Shown here: positions 35,001-48,240 of the stretch, in pieces
Layout: the number at the start of each line of letters is the position of its first letter
Position numbering within the stretch: position 1 is the stretch's first letter
DNA from: Lama guanicoe
Taxonomy: Eukaryota
Length of the DNA stretch: 64,000 nucleotides
Direction of reading: 5' to 3'
NCBI GenBank assembly: GCA_013239625.1
Contig: MU054391.1
Coordinates: 3,129,130-3,193,129, forward strand
Position numbers and translations under genes: made by a program
Notes under the pieces: generated by a model
The model's input: the letters and a program-made list of their open reading frames with translations, nothing else
What the model was told of the DNA's origin: nothing
Databases searched by the model: none

Positions 35001-37223
35001 ACCAACGGAAAATCAAAGACTGGCTTTTCCTCCTCCCCCTCGTAATCTCCCCGTATTTTGCCATCCTCGCTCTGCTCGAGATTAGAAAAATCAACAACAC
35101 GATTTCCAAATCTAATGAATAGACAACTCGCAGGAATGTATGTGATTTTTTTTTTTTGCACCAAGTATATATTCTAGTAGTAAATTCTGTGATGCTCCCT
35201 CCATCAACGGTGCATAACCCTGTGCTTTTCTTAATAGGATTTATGCTTGTCGGCTTTCTCTATGCCCTGCCATGCAGGATAAAGGAAGGCAGAGTTCCCC
35301 TGGTAACCACAGCCTCTCCACTCCCAGTCATTGGCAGATTCCTCCTAAGCATAAAGCAGGCAGCGCTGGGGAGACTGTCCGCTCATACATACACATGACA
35401 GACTTCTCCCTGGAAGCCAAAGGTATCGAGCCTCAGACTGCATTTAGATTTTCTGGTGGTTGAGCCAGATCCTTCTATTAAATCTTCCCTTTGAAACATC
35501 TGCACCTGGGAAAACGAGAAAGTCTTAATTCTTTCCAGATTCAAACCTACTTCTAGTCAAATGTCACCCTGACTCCACGGAGGACGGGGCGATGGGGGGA
35601 TGCGTCGGGGAGCAGGACCCTTTATGCATCTGCTCAAACTGAAAAGGTTATTTCACTGTCTTCAAGATGACTCTTGAGCTGCCGGCCGAGCGGAGGGCTG
35701 CGCCCTGAATGCGGAGGTTGCTAGGAGATGCGTCTAGCCTGCAGACGGCGTTGGTCGGAGTTCTCTCTAATTGACAGCTCCTTACCCTAAGGGTCTAATT
35801 CTAACCTTGAGACCAAGACTATAATGAGAGGGCAGCTTGCTGTCACCCCTGTTTCTGGCTCAGGCCAGGAGATTACCGGCGGCCTGTGTTTCTGGGGTTT
35901 TGTTAGATGCTTCTTTAGAACGGAGGGAGGGACCGAGAGAGAGCAGCCGCACTCTGCTGCATCACTGGGAGCTTTTTTGATTCAGGCCACCTGAATAAAC
36001 TTTCCCCTTCACTTAAAACCGTCTCCCTTTGAAATAAGAAGGGTCGGCAGGGAGGAGAAGTCCTCACTGAACTTTGAAATGATTTGGAATTTGAGCAGGG
36101 AAGGTGGATTTCTTAAAGAGAGAGAGAAGGAAGGAGGGAGGGGGAGGGGCAGAGCAAGGAAAGAAAAGGGGGGAAGTCCTGGTCTCTGGGCACCGTCCCC
36201 CCGCGGGCATCAGTAGCGTTCCCGGCAGCCTGAGCTGCTCAGGGGACAGCATTCAGGACTCGAAGACAAGCAATAAAGCAAGAAGCCGCACTGGGAGGAG
36301 ACTGGCAGGCCTGGGGAAGGACAGATTTCCACGTGCTCGTTCTTTTTTTCTGGACAAAACAGTGTGGATCAGTGCGATTTCTATAGAGCCTGAGGCTAAC
36401 ACACCATTAGGAAGCTAGGAGGCAACCAAGCGGATTCCTGGGAGCAGATGGGTGCAGCCAACAAGCCGAACGAATCTGCCTCGACGAAAAACCACCCCCA
36501 CTTCGAGCTTCCGCAACTTCTCCCCTTGCAGGACCTCGCCCCGCCCCGAAACACCGACGGCCAATTAAAAAAAATTAGACTAATTTTGCTTTTTGAGTGT
36601 CGTCCTTTCAAGGATAGCAAACCCTGATCCCAGGAGTTCTTACAAGGGGAAAACTATTACATGCGGCTGCTTTCCTGTTCAATAAACATATTTTGAACCT
36701 GGAATGTACAATTTCATTGGAGGTTGTAATAATCAGAACAAGATATTTATTTTTCACAAGGGGAGGCCCATGAAAGGTTTATTCAATTGTGAGTGGGTTT
36801 ATGGACCACTTAACATAGGGAAGCATCTGAATCGTCAAGACACAAGAGGTTAGAGGTTCTGTTTTTCCTTTGTGACTCTAAACCACCGCCTAGACACCGA
36901 AGTCATGTGTTTTCAATCCAATAGCAAGAGAGTGGGATGGAGGCAAAAGACCAAAATCAAAGCCTACTCTTGAATAAAATTTTATGCTGTTTTTCCTCTA
37001 TATTCTAATTTTTTAATTGAAACTCCTACAAAGCAGGGTTGCTTCTAAAGAGAATATTATTTTTAAATACAAACTTTGAAAGGTTAAAAAAAATCCTACA
37101 AAAACATCATCTTTACAATTTTAATTAAATTCTATTCAATTTACAAATGATGATTAGAAAAGAAATCCAGGAATAAATGAAAAATAGTAATGATCAAAAT
37201 AGTCAATAAGTAATAAGACTCTT

Positions 37224-37642
37224 AATTTTTTTTTTGATTTTGTGCATAGAATTTCAATTTATAGAAGAGCTGCAAGAACAGTTCAGAACTATGACCCCCT
37301 TCACCCGCATTCAGCAATTGCTGACGCTTTGCCCACCGCCCTCGCAGCTTCTCTGTGTGGGTATATTTACGGATTTTTTTTTTTTTTATGAACCATTTGG
37401 CCATAGGTTGAAGACAATATGTCTCTACCTCTAAACACTTCAGGGTGTTTTTCCTAAGAACAAGAATGTTCTCTTACGCAATCACTGCACAATTACCCAA
37501 ATCACCAAATTGAGCAACATTGCAAAACTACCAGCTAATTCACAATCTATAATCAAATGTTGTCATTTGTCCCAATATCTTTTCTTGTGGTGTTTTCCCA
37601 GTTTCAGATAAATCCCAGCTCTCACGTTACGGTTAATTATTG
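37224..37642 (-). mobile_element. L1MC5-like 3' end
   Basis: T-rich start, then aatttcaatttatagaagagctgcaagaacag...cccttcacccgcattcagcaattg...tgaaccatttg...ttcctaagaacaagaatgttctcttacgcaatcactgcacaatta. Confidence 0.8.
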
Positions 37643-40600
37643 AGAGGAGGCCTGTCATCATTTCACCAAGAAGTGTTTGGAAATTTGTGGCAGAATAACG
37701 CAAGACAGCAGTAACCTTTGCTGTTCTTCCCCCCTTTGGTTGTTTTTAATATTTAACACTGGGAGTAAGGCGGCATCACAGAGTGAGCCTGGCATTGGAT
37801 CTGTCTTGCAAGACAAACCTTAACCTCCTAGCAAGGAGAACTGGGTCCTTTATTTTCACATATTGCCTGTAACAAAACCCGATAATGGTGATTTTAAGTA
37901 AATATTTTGTAAAAAACATAGATCTTATACAAAATGAGGAAAGCCATTCATTGTAACCCGGCTGCAGGCGTCCACACACCTCTTTCTACAAGACTCGCAC
38001 ACACGAGCTTTCATTGGCGGAGGGACTCCTCCAGAACAATCTCAGAGAAGGGGAGTTAGAGAGAAAGACAGAGGGTGGGAGAGAGCTTGGAAATGGTGAA
38101 AAGTCTTAAATCGTCAGCTCAGGGTGCAAAGAAATAAAGTGGGAGAGAAAAGCAAGGAAAAATTCAATTTTTGCATCATCTGATTACCATGAGCATTATC
38201 TCATAAAGGAGCACGCCCTTGCCGTTGCAGAGAGGGTCTTGCTCTCAGGTCAAGTGGACCCGCCTGGGCGCCTGCAGCCAGAGGAGGGAGGGCGTCCTTC
38301 TCTGCGTGGCGCTGGCTTGTGAGCACACACGTGTGTTGATCCCGCGGCTGAGCTCTGAGGGTGAACGCTCGTCCCGGACAGCCGTCCCCATGGTCCCGAA
38401 TCACTGCATGTCTAGCCTTCTCCTAACCCCGCACACAGACGGGTACACCGTGAAGGGCCATCACGGTGGACGCAAGGCCACCAGAACATCCCCCTGTGCG
38501 TCTGTCGCTGACCTGCGATGGGGGCGCCCAGCGGTTCCCGGCCTGGCGAGCGTGCCCGCGCACCCCTGCCTCGGCACAGCCTCACACCTGCCCTTCCGCG
38601 GCGGCTGGCGGACGCCTGCCCTCCCTGGGCGCTTGTTTGCCCGCTCACCTGACCTTCTCTGCAGCTGACAACATCCGTCGTTTTCTCATGGGCGATGCTT
38701 CTTGTCCAAGCCTGTTTTAAATTCATTTTTCAAAACTTTGCATTTTTGTTTCAAAGCGAACAATGGACTCTAGGCCCCAGCCTATCAGAAGAGGTGGGTG
38801 CTCCGTGGGTTTCTACTCAGAAAGTGGTCTTTTCTAGAACAGACGTTCCTCGGGGTGGCAGAGGCACAGGGCCGACTGCCTGCAACCACTGCGTAGCAGG
38901 TAAGGGTTTGCTTGAGTCAAGTGAATGCTGTTTCTTGTGTTTGTCTGTTTCTGTGATCATCATAGTTTGTCTTTTATTTTTAAAAAAATGTTCTATTGAC
39001 ACCTCTGCCCGCTCCAAGATTCATACACTTATGCTTCATAAAATAGCACGTAGCCTGAGCCCCAACTGTCTGCGCTGGGAGAGGAGGGGAGGCGGGCGGC
39101 CACTGGCTGTCTCCGGGGCTGTCTAGCATAACAGTGGGTGTTTTGTGGTGGACATGAGGGCAGTTGGCTTCACAGCTGAGGGGGGAATTGGAGATTCCTG
39201 GGCAGAGCACTCAGATGGCCAGAGGGCCACATCCCCATCCCGTGTTTTTTTTCCTCTGGTCAGTTTCAGGCATTGAATATCCTTTTTCCATCACTCTCGT
39301 GTCCAAGCACGACCTCAGAAGAGAATTCAGTAACAGAATGTCCACCTTGTCTGAATTCGTGAACTCCATGGCCGAGGACGTGCACAGTCACTGAATGTCA
39401 GCCTGGGAGTGACACTGAGGACACAGGGGGCAGCTCCTCTGTCTGCTGAGTGGGGCCAGCACTGGCTAAGGGGCATGACGCGGCCACACTGCTCAGCTCA
39501 CTGGTTACCCCCCAGAGCCCACGTCTTCACGCTGGAGTCAGTCGAGAATGGTGTGCAGGGGACCTCATCCTTCTCAACGGTGTCAGCATTCTCAGGCCTG
39601 TTCTTAAGTTTGAAATGAGACTTTTTGTCCTCTCCCAGTGGTAGGAATCTCTGGTCTGTCTGAGGGCGGGAGGGTGCTGTTTGGAGGTAAGTCTTCCTGT
39701 GGTCCGGAGGCCCCACTGTGCATGGCCTTTCGCTCTGTCAAATGCTGAAAGGGAGCAGTGGCCTGGCCGCGGGGTGGGCTTCTGGCTGAATTTCTGGGTG
39801 AAATCTTTCATATAAAAAAACACAAAGGGGTGAAAAGAAGTGCCCACTTACCATGTTCTGCCAGGAGTGGGGACATCCAGGAACCCTTGAACTTAAGGAC
39901 TCAGAAGACACCCCACTCCTACACGGCGTGTTGGTGCTACCTGCCACACTGTAATGATATATAAACTGTTGTGGGATTACAGACGAGGAAATTAGTCCTC
40001 CCCTGTGGAGTCAGGGATGATTGCACAGAGGAAGCGACATTTGCACTGTAACTTGAAGCTTGAGGATGGCTTTGCCAAGCCCTTAAATGAGAAATATCAC
40101 TGCAAGCAGCAGCAGTGTAACTTACAACTGAGGGCTGGTATGAAGTTTCACGTCCTGTTCCCAGGTTGTTAGCCCTGTGTTAATAGGGTGCAGAGTGTGG
40201 TGAGGAAGGGGTGAGAGTCGGCCTGGGTGGCAGTCCCCAGGCAGGTGACCCTGTGCATTTACTCCAGATGATGGATTGAGCGTCTGCTGTGAGGGGTGCC
40301 TCGCCCTGGGCACCCTGGGTTCAGCAGTCAGCCACAGCACGTAACGGGTAAATGAAGAATTCCCGCTAACGCAGAGGGCTACAGACAGCTGAGACATGTT
40401 GCCCTCAGAGATAATACCCGGGCAGTGGGAATGAGCCAACCGGATGGCCAGGAATGCCACTCTGGGGGCATGAGGTTTGAGCGAGAGCTTTCCGCTGTCA
40501 CCCTGGGTCTGGGTCTGGTGCTCACAGTCCAGGGAAGTCAAGACTGAAGTCACCATCGCCACTGACAAGGCTGACTGCCAGTTTATGGCCCCAAGAGTCT

Positions 40601-42559
40601 GCACCAGACGAGCTCAGCTCACCTCTTCTGCGCTCCTGCCAAAAATGGGGTGTTCTGAGCGAAGGTGAGGACGCGCTAGACGCAGCCAAACTGGGAGACG
40701 TGCTTCAGGAGAACCGGCCTGTGCTCGGCAGTCGGCAAGATCTGAGTCATTCTGTTGATTATATGATGGAAATAGATCATTCATGTCATGATAAGGATAA
40801 CTGCACCACGTTTATGAGAAATAATTCTTGATTTTCGAAAACTCACACTGTAGTATTAGAAGAAACATCTTGTCTGCAACTTATCTTGGAATAATTCAGG
40901 AAAAAATGTAACTGAGTGAGTGTGTGTGTGTGAGAGAGAGAGAGGGACAGAAGGCTAAAGCAAAAACGAATGTGTGTGTGATCAGAGCTGAAGAATGGGA
41001 GTTGATCAGAAAATTCTGGAAAAACAAAGGGAGAGAGGAGAGGCCAGGATAAATTCATGAGGAGGGGGGAAGGGGGAGCGTTCCAGGGAAGGAGGGGGTC
41101 CATGGAGCAGACGCTGCTCTGCAGCTCAGCCTCCATCACCTGAAGATGCAGCGTTCATCCCAGAGGCACTCGGACACCAGCAGCGCCGTTTGCTGGGAGC
41201 TGGGGGTGGGAGCAAACAGACCTCCCACTCCGCCTGGCGGGGCTCCACGTGGGAAAGCAGCCGCTCCAGCAGCTCCCTGGGCTCCAAGCAGGCAGAATGT
41301 TCCCTCGCTGGGTGAGGGGCGTCACCAGCCGGCCACGTGTTTCCCAGGAGCCAGGCGCCACATCCTGCACCCTCTGCCCGCTGCCCACCTTCGCTCTCAG
41401 GCGTGCCTGGTTCTGCGTCTTCTCCAGAAGCCGCTCCTGCCCCCGACGGCTGTCAATGTGCCTCTAATGCCAGATCCGGGATGTGCGCTTCCCATTGCCT
41501 GGCTGCCCTCCCGGAATCAGGGCTAGGAACCCGCCCTGCCACCCGGCTCAGACACTGCTCTGATGACATGGGGGTGGGGGAGCAGGCGGTGATCGCGATG
41601 ACTAGCCCTGGCCCCGCAGCCATTCGGTGGAAGTTTGTCGTTCTCTGGAGGGTGGAGTCATGTCAGCATCCACTTGGCCCGTCCAACTCTTGAGGGCTGT
41701 GCTGATGGTTCATTTTTCTCTGTCTAGCGGCGCATCATTTCACAGTGCAAGTCTGAGACAGCAAGTTCTGGTAACAGCTTGAGGTTCCATCTGGCTAATG
41801 GAGATTCACTCTCCGGCTCCATATTGGTGCCTCAGCCCAGTCTTCTCGAGGATGGCAGCTGGGCCAGGATGCTGTGCTCAGCCTGCTGAACACTGCGCAG
41901 CCTGGCCCCTGCTCTCCCGACCTGAGAGAGCTGAGCCACCCTCCCACCAGCGAGCAATGGTCGCCAATTTGGGGTTACTTAAACTGGGGGTCAAAGGTCC
42001 TCTGGGTCCTTCCTATCAAAGATCAAACCCCTCCTTCCAGGAAAAAGAAAGTAAAACTCCAATTATCAGGAAGCCCTAGGAGGAACCATAAACCAATGAC
42101 ACTGGCGATCTTTTCCAATTAGGCTTGTGTAACTTGCAGCGGGAAACACTTAGCTGATGGGTTAAGTAGCTTTATTTCTCCCCGGTTGTACAGAGCCGCA
42201 GCCCGCTGGTGCTGACTCAGCTAAGTGACTGCTTGGCCAGGTCAGTGTATCATGTCCCTGGATTAAGAACTTCCAATTTCCTAATGCTCGGAACACCCCG
42301 TCCATTTTTTTTCTCCGTCCCTGTGGAATCTTACTTTCAAAACTGCTCAAATGCAGCCATTATTACAGTTTCTCTCCTTGCTAATGAAAAAAAAATTTTC
42401 TTCAAGCCTCCCCAAATATGAGGTCCCATGTTTCAATCCAATGGCCATTTTTCATCAGCACTTTGAAAATTGTCATCCAGCGAAAAATAGACCAAGCCTG
42501 TGACCGTTCCTTACTCACTAAATAATGACAGATTATTTAGATAGCTCTGACCCTTAGAT

Positions 42560-42680
42560 TTACTTCCTGGAAAAATGGGATACCCATTTTATAAGATAAT
42601 TATAATTAGATTAAATGTGTAGATAACTAATGTGCATAAATTGTCTAACATGACGGCTGGCACACAGTCGGGACATGACA
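42560..42680 (+). mobile_element. MIR fragment
   Basis: aaaatgggatac...agattaaatgtgtagataactaatgtgcataaattgtctaacatgacggctggcacacagt. Confidence 0.55.
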
Positions 42681-43524
42681 AAAGCCGGTTCAGTGTCTCC
42701 CTCTTCCGTGAAGCCTTTTGATGACCTCTCACCTACAGAAAGCTTGTTCATTCTCTAAATATCAAAAGCATTTGTCTGCGCCAAACAACTCCAAAACTCA
42801 ACTAGGTATTTTATATTTTCCCCAGTCGGTTCGTGGAAATTCACGTTAAAGGCCGTTTAGGCAGAATGTTTTCTTGTTCTTTCATATTCGGTTCCAACAC
42901 AGAATATTTACTTACTGAATACAAGCTGCCTTCCCATAGTCAGGGTTTGCAGTCGTGGCTCCGTGAAGCCGTGAATTAAATAATTTGTCTTCCTGATAGA
43001 AAAGGGTATGATGCTCTCAATTCTGATAAATATGTAAATGAGCCAATTTGCAGTGGCTAATCGAGTGCTCCCCACGCAGCAGGCCTTCAGTAAACGTCCC
43101 TGACTTACTAACAGCGAGCGATCACAGAAGTCTTGCATTTCAGCCCAAGTGACAAAGAGAAGTAATTCCATGTCCTATTAGTCTCTCTCTCTCTCTTTTT
43201 TTTTCCTGTTATATTCAACCAGCAGTGCACAGAATTTCAGTGGGAAGAAATGCCAGTTTCTATGACCCAGCTCTTAACCTCTGACACTACCAAGCACATA
43301 TTTTTGGCCCTGAAGATATGGAAGCCAAAATCTCAAAATTAATATTTACTGAAGCTCCCATTTCCTTCTCCATCCATTTTCTTGGCCTCTCTTTCATTAG
43401 TGGAATCTTCTTTAATCCGTCTTCCTCCATCCAGTTGAGTTTGCACAAGTACTAGAGACTTGCCTGTCTTTAAAATTATTCCTGATTCTGCAATTCTGTT
43501 TTTTGAGTACTCATTCTTACTTAT

Positions 43525-43720
43525 TAACCCATTCAGCATATATTGAGCACTTACTGTGAGCAGGCAGTGAACTAGATGCTCAGGATACAAAAATGAATGT
43601 GTATGTGAGATGACAGCTCTGGGGGGACAGATATGGAAAGCAATGATTCAATTCAGGGTGATGCCGGGGGGATGGTCAGGGCTCAGAGGGACCCTCGTAA
43701 GGAGATGACCAAATGGTAGA
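43525..43720 (-). mobile_element. L2 3' fragment
   Basis: ccattcagcatatattgagcacttactgtgagcaggcagtgaactagatgctcaggatacaaaaatgaat. Confidence 0.7.
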
Positions 43721-43824
43721 ATTTTCTGAATCTCTCTACTAGAGATTTCCACAAAACAGGTATCATTCTCAACCTTTTCGAGATAAGGAAATATTTTTGT
43801 GAAACCCTACATAACAGTACCATT

Positions 43825-44150
43825 TTTCTCTTTTCCAGCACAGTTTATGAAGGTATAATTTACTTACAGCAAAATCCACAATTTTTATATGCACAGGTTG
43901 ATGAGTTTTGACAAAGGTAAGTCTTCACCTACATTAAGATTGCGAAGAATTTCTCTTACATTTTCTTCCAGGAACTTATACCTGAAGTGTTCACATTTAG
44001 ATCCGTAACCCGTTTAGAGCTGAAGTAATAGCAGAGGTTATTTTTTCTACCTGTTCCAGAATTTCATGTCGATAAAATCCTCCTTTTCCCCATTGATTCA
44101 CTTGGGCAACTGCTCAAGAACTTCAGTGTCAAGTAAGAGAATGTCTAATT
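43825..44150 (-). mobile_element. Old L1M fragments
   Basis: cagtttatgaaggtataatttacttacagcaaaatccac...gatgagttttgacaaa (L1 3' end) and ttcacatttagatccgtaacccgtttagag (ORF2 antisense). Confidence 0.65.
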
Positions 44151-44390
44151 TCCAAATCCTGCTATTTAAGTATGAAACATTTAAAAAAAGGTTTTAAATC
44201 ACCTTTAAACGTTTTTCAGTCATGCTGGAATATATGGGAAAAGGAGTTCTTCTGCATGTAACTGTGAAACTGTAGTCAGTCTGAAATGTGTGGTGTGTTG
44301 GTTGATTAACGTGCTATTCGCGATAATCCACAGGTTTGGAGATAACAGAAGAGGCTGGTCCTCATCTGCCTGATTCCAAACACTGACAAA

Positions 44391-44870
44391 TGCCTGCTTC
44401 CGTTCCCTCCAGAGCAGACCCTGAGGCAAAGATTCAGGAGCAGGTTGTTACGAGACAGAGAGTAGAGAAGAGGCAATTGCTCGCCTCACTGAAGGGGCAC
44501 CGGGTTCAGTCCCTTTAAGAGACTGTGAAACGTGCTCAGGAGCCGTCCCGCTGGACGCCCACTGACTGCTGCCCCGTGCGTGGGGCATGACTCCTCCCCA
44601 GACCTGCTGCGCAGAAAACTCCCGTGTCTCCGAGGGAGCCTCCAGCTGCAGGAGCTGAGAGCCTGAGGTGTCTGAGGGGGGAGGCGGCCAGCGCGCCGGC
44701 ACCTGCAGATGGACACGGCGGCGGCCCAGGGCGACCGCGATGGGACAGCCGTGTCTACTCCGTGTGGCCCAGAGCATGACGTGAGCTGTGTCATCTGAGC
44801 CCTGGGAGTTTGCCTGTGTGTGTGAGGGGGGTGCGGTCAGTTGGAATTACAAGTAGGAGACACTTCACAC
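44391..44870 (-). mobile_element. ERVL LTR16-family solo LTR (GC-enriched)
   Basis: ccagagcagaccctgaggcaaagattcaggagcaggt resembles the LTR16 terminal motif; the interior is strongly diverged. Confidence 0.5.
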
Positions 44871-46501
44871 CTAATTTCTGTTGGGTCCCTTCTGATCTCC
44901 TTGGCCCCTAGGAGGGCCCCGCAGGAAGGGACCCTCCCCAGGCCCTCAGCCCCAGCAGGCCAGTGTAGGTCACATTGGGGTTTCTCATATATTGTCCCAG
45001 GAATAGGTCTGGGAGGAAAATGCCAGAATCTTACTTAGGAGAGAGCACTGAGACCTAGTGTATAAGCCCATGTGTCCTGATAAGTAGAGGGAATGTGTAC
45101 AAAATAAATGGGGTCAGAGCCCTGTGGAGATGTGCTGTTATGAGACGTTTTCCCCATTGGTCTCTCCAGGACACCTGTGACTCCATCCTTAGAGCTTCAT
45201 TCCTTTGGCTAAAGCACAGTTGTTCTGCAGGGTGAGGGGAGGGCACCAAGCTACAATGTTATCATTGTAGCTTTAGTGTAAATTCATTGGCCAACTCCCT
45301 GGCAGATTTTCCAATCTGAGGACCTCTTAGGTAGGTTCAGCATCCTGAACAAACACAAAATGTTGCCACCTTGAGTGAAAAGAGTTCCGGAGAAAGAATT
45401 TGTCAGTGGGTGCATGGGAAAGGGAGGGGCACAGGAGGCGGGGAGGGTGAAGAGCTGTGTAACCGATCTCAGATTGGGCCTCCCAACGTCACTCATCGCA
45501 AAATGTCCTTGTAAGTTCTACTGCTACTCTCAGGGATGACCCGCCGCTGGTGGTGTGCTAACAGCTGGGTAGTCAGACACAATGCTGGTCAGGGAGTCAG
45601 GGGAGGTGACAGAGTGAAGTGAAGTTGGTACAAGACAGCTCAACCCATGGTGGAGGATCAAGGCATGATGCTAGATAAAGGTGGGTGCTGAATGTCTCGT
45701 GTGCACTGCTCAGTTCTAAACCCTTATATGCTGCCTGCCACAAAGCAGGCACTTGGTAACCATTTCCAGAATGAACCAGTGAGTTATGGGTAGAACTAAG
45801 CAATGTTTCTAATGGGGCAAGTATACAAGGCAGAGTCTTGGCACCCACAGCGGTGATGGTGCAAAGTTTTCAAAGAGAGGCATCGGGATAAACTAACGGA
45901 TACAAATATAATTCCTTTCCTTGGTTCTCTTACGCACTTGGACCTGGAGACGTATTCTGGATATATATTCTTCCTCCTGCCATTTTCCAAAATAATATCT
46001 ATTAAGAGACTGAAGAAAAAAAATAACAGATCCAAAGCAGAAGCCTGGGTGTCCCCTTACCTGCCTCCCCGTTCTGCATCAGAGTTTATCCAGTGCCCAC
46101 GTCTCTGTCTCCCTGACATCTCTCCTCTGCTCTCTCTCCGTGTTGCTGGCAGAAATTCTCAATCTCATGTCCTCACTCTGCTTCGATCTCCCCAGAGTGG
46201 GGTAACTTCTTCTCTGTGTGTTTTTAACTTTCCTCTAGAACAAGAGCAACTAGACACTGGGGATAAAGACAGGTCCCAGACTCCCTTGCGGCTGGGTCTG
46301 GTCAGAGGCACACTTTGACAACTGAGATGAAAGAAAAGAGCTGAAGGCAGATTCTGAAACAGCTCTGACGAGAGAGTCGCTGTGGATCCCTCGTCCTCTC
46401 CTGCCCCTCTGGCTGGTGGAGGAGTCCCGGGGTTTGGAACCATGGAGTCAGATATCCCCACGGATATCAGCTTTGGTTCTCCCATTTCAGCTTCTCTCTT
46501 G

Positions 46502-46671
46502 TTTTTTTAACATTTTTTATTGATTTATAATCATTTTACAATGTTGTGTCAAATGCCAGTGTAGAGCACAATTTTTCAGTTATACATGAACATATATATA
46601 TATTGATTGTCACATTTTTTTCTCTGTGAGCTACCATAAGATCTTGCATATATTTCCCTGTGCTACACAGT
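46502..46671 (-). mobile_element. Young camelid-type L1 3' end
   Basis: acattttttattgatttataatcattttacaatgttgtgtcaaatgccagtgtagagcacaatttttcagttatacatgaacat...tgtgagctaccataagatcttgcatatatttccctgtgctacacag. tctcttg occurs on both flanks. Same family as 61528-61766. Confidence 0.85.
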
Positions 46672-47654
46672 TTCTCTTGATGAGGTACAAAGACATTGAG
46701 AGCCTGGGAGAAGCCACCGGACACCTCTGAGCCTTTGTAAGTCTGGGAAAATAATATGGTGGGAGCCTCTTCCTCCAGGTGTCACAGGAGACAGAAGGTT
46801 TCACGCTCAAGTGAAATCTGTGTGTACTCAGGCCCCATTAACGTGTGTCTTTATTATTTTAGAGATAAAAACAAATGGCTAAGATAGTCAAAGTTTATCT
46901 ATTTGAATAAGGAAAAACATGTCATTTCAGCGATCAGTTAAAAAACATGCAGAATGCACTATCAGTCCCAGGACAGACATTGAATGAGCCCCTGTACGCC
47001 TGCATCCTTCGAAAGCACCCACGACTGCTCTCTGTCTGATCAGGAGTCAGAAATGTAATTCAGTGAATCTTTCTGCCTTCTTCCAGGAAATTGAATCAAA
47101 CCAGTTCTAGGAAAAGCCTATATGGTGAGGATCTACAGGAGAATGTATATTCAGAACATGCCTCCAGGTCCAAATAAATAGATTTCCTTACTATTGCCAC
47201 AATCTGATCTCCAATGTATAAAATGTGGATAAAATAATAAAAGTAAATGACATAGCACAGAAAACAGCAGAGAGAGTACACAAGAATTCTCAAAGAAATC
47301 AGCCAGATGATCAGAACTACCTTGGTGAATTTTCTGCAAATAATATGTTTTTAAAAAGGGTCTAGATGTTTACACAGCTCACCCCCCTGCTCTGCTTCCC
47401 CTGGGGTGAAGCGCCTTCTCCCTCGGGCGGTCCTGAGCCCCCTGCATAGGTATGGACATGAAATTGACCCCCGGGGGCTGTCAGCTCGGGGGAAGCTTTG
47501 TGAGGGACCAGGGTGGGCTGCTCTGTGCTAAACTGGATTTCCTGCCACGTGAGGGTCACGCTGAAAATGTGTTCTGACCAGCTGGGCAAGAAAAATCAAA
47601 ACTGAAACCAAAATAAAACAACGCTCTTGGCATCCATCTGTTTTACAGTTCCTC

Positions 47655-48240
47655 ACTCAGCAATATTCAGTGAGCGCCTGCTGTGTACCCGGCCTGATTT
47701 GAAAATGAACAGGACTGAGCTCCTCGCTTCCCATGTCTTTGTCTCTGAAAGCCAAGAGGCGTATTTCAGTTAATGTAAGATGGGAACCGTGAGGTTCACT
47801 AAATGCATCACCCCATCGAAGAGAGAGATTACATTCAAACACATTCTTAACGCGGGGGATGGCAGGGGATCCGCAAAGGCAACACGGAGACGCAGCTGTG
47901 AAGTTGTGTCGGGAAGCAAAGGTAAGACTTGAACTTTGGAGGTCTGGGAGTTAGTAAAGAAAATGGCTTCAGCAAAGGCAGCAAAAAGAGGGGTGTGTGT
48001 GTTGGGAAATCAGCAAAGCGGGGTCACGTGAGGAGTACACGGAGCGTAAAGGGGCGTGGCAGAAGCCACCAGAAACCTCAGCTGAACTGAGGATTTTATG
48101 CGTATTCTGTGGGGGACATAAAACCCAGGAATGTCTGAAAGGAGAGGGGTGACCTTAACAGAGGTGCATTCACAGAGAGAGCGGGGGTTGGCCATGCACG
48201 TGGACTAGGTACCGGGTCTCCCAGCCGCCCTCACAGGCAC
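47655..48240 (-). mobile_element. L2 fragments
   Basis: cactcagcaatattcagtgagcgcctgctgtgtacccggc at the start, purine-rich body. Confidence 0.55.

Noticed and set aside
34922..35164. Protein-like minus-strand peptide (VVDFSNLEQSEDGKIRGDYEGEEEKPVFDFPLV)
   Set aside because: No family recognised and no convincing donor; a tblastn search would settle it.
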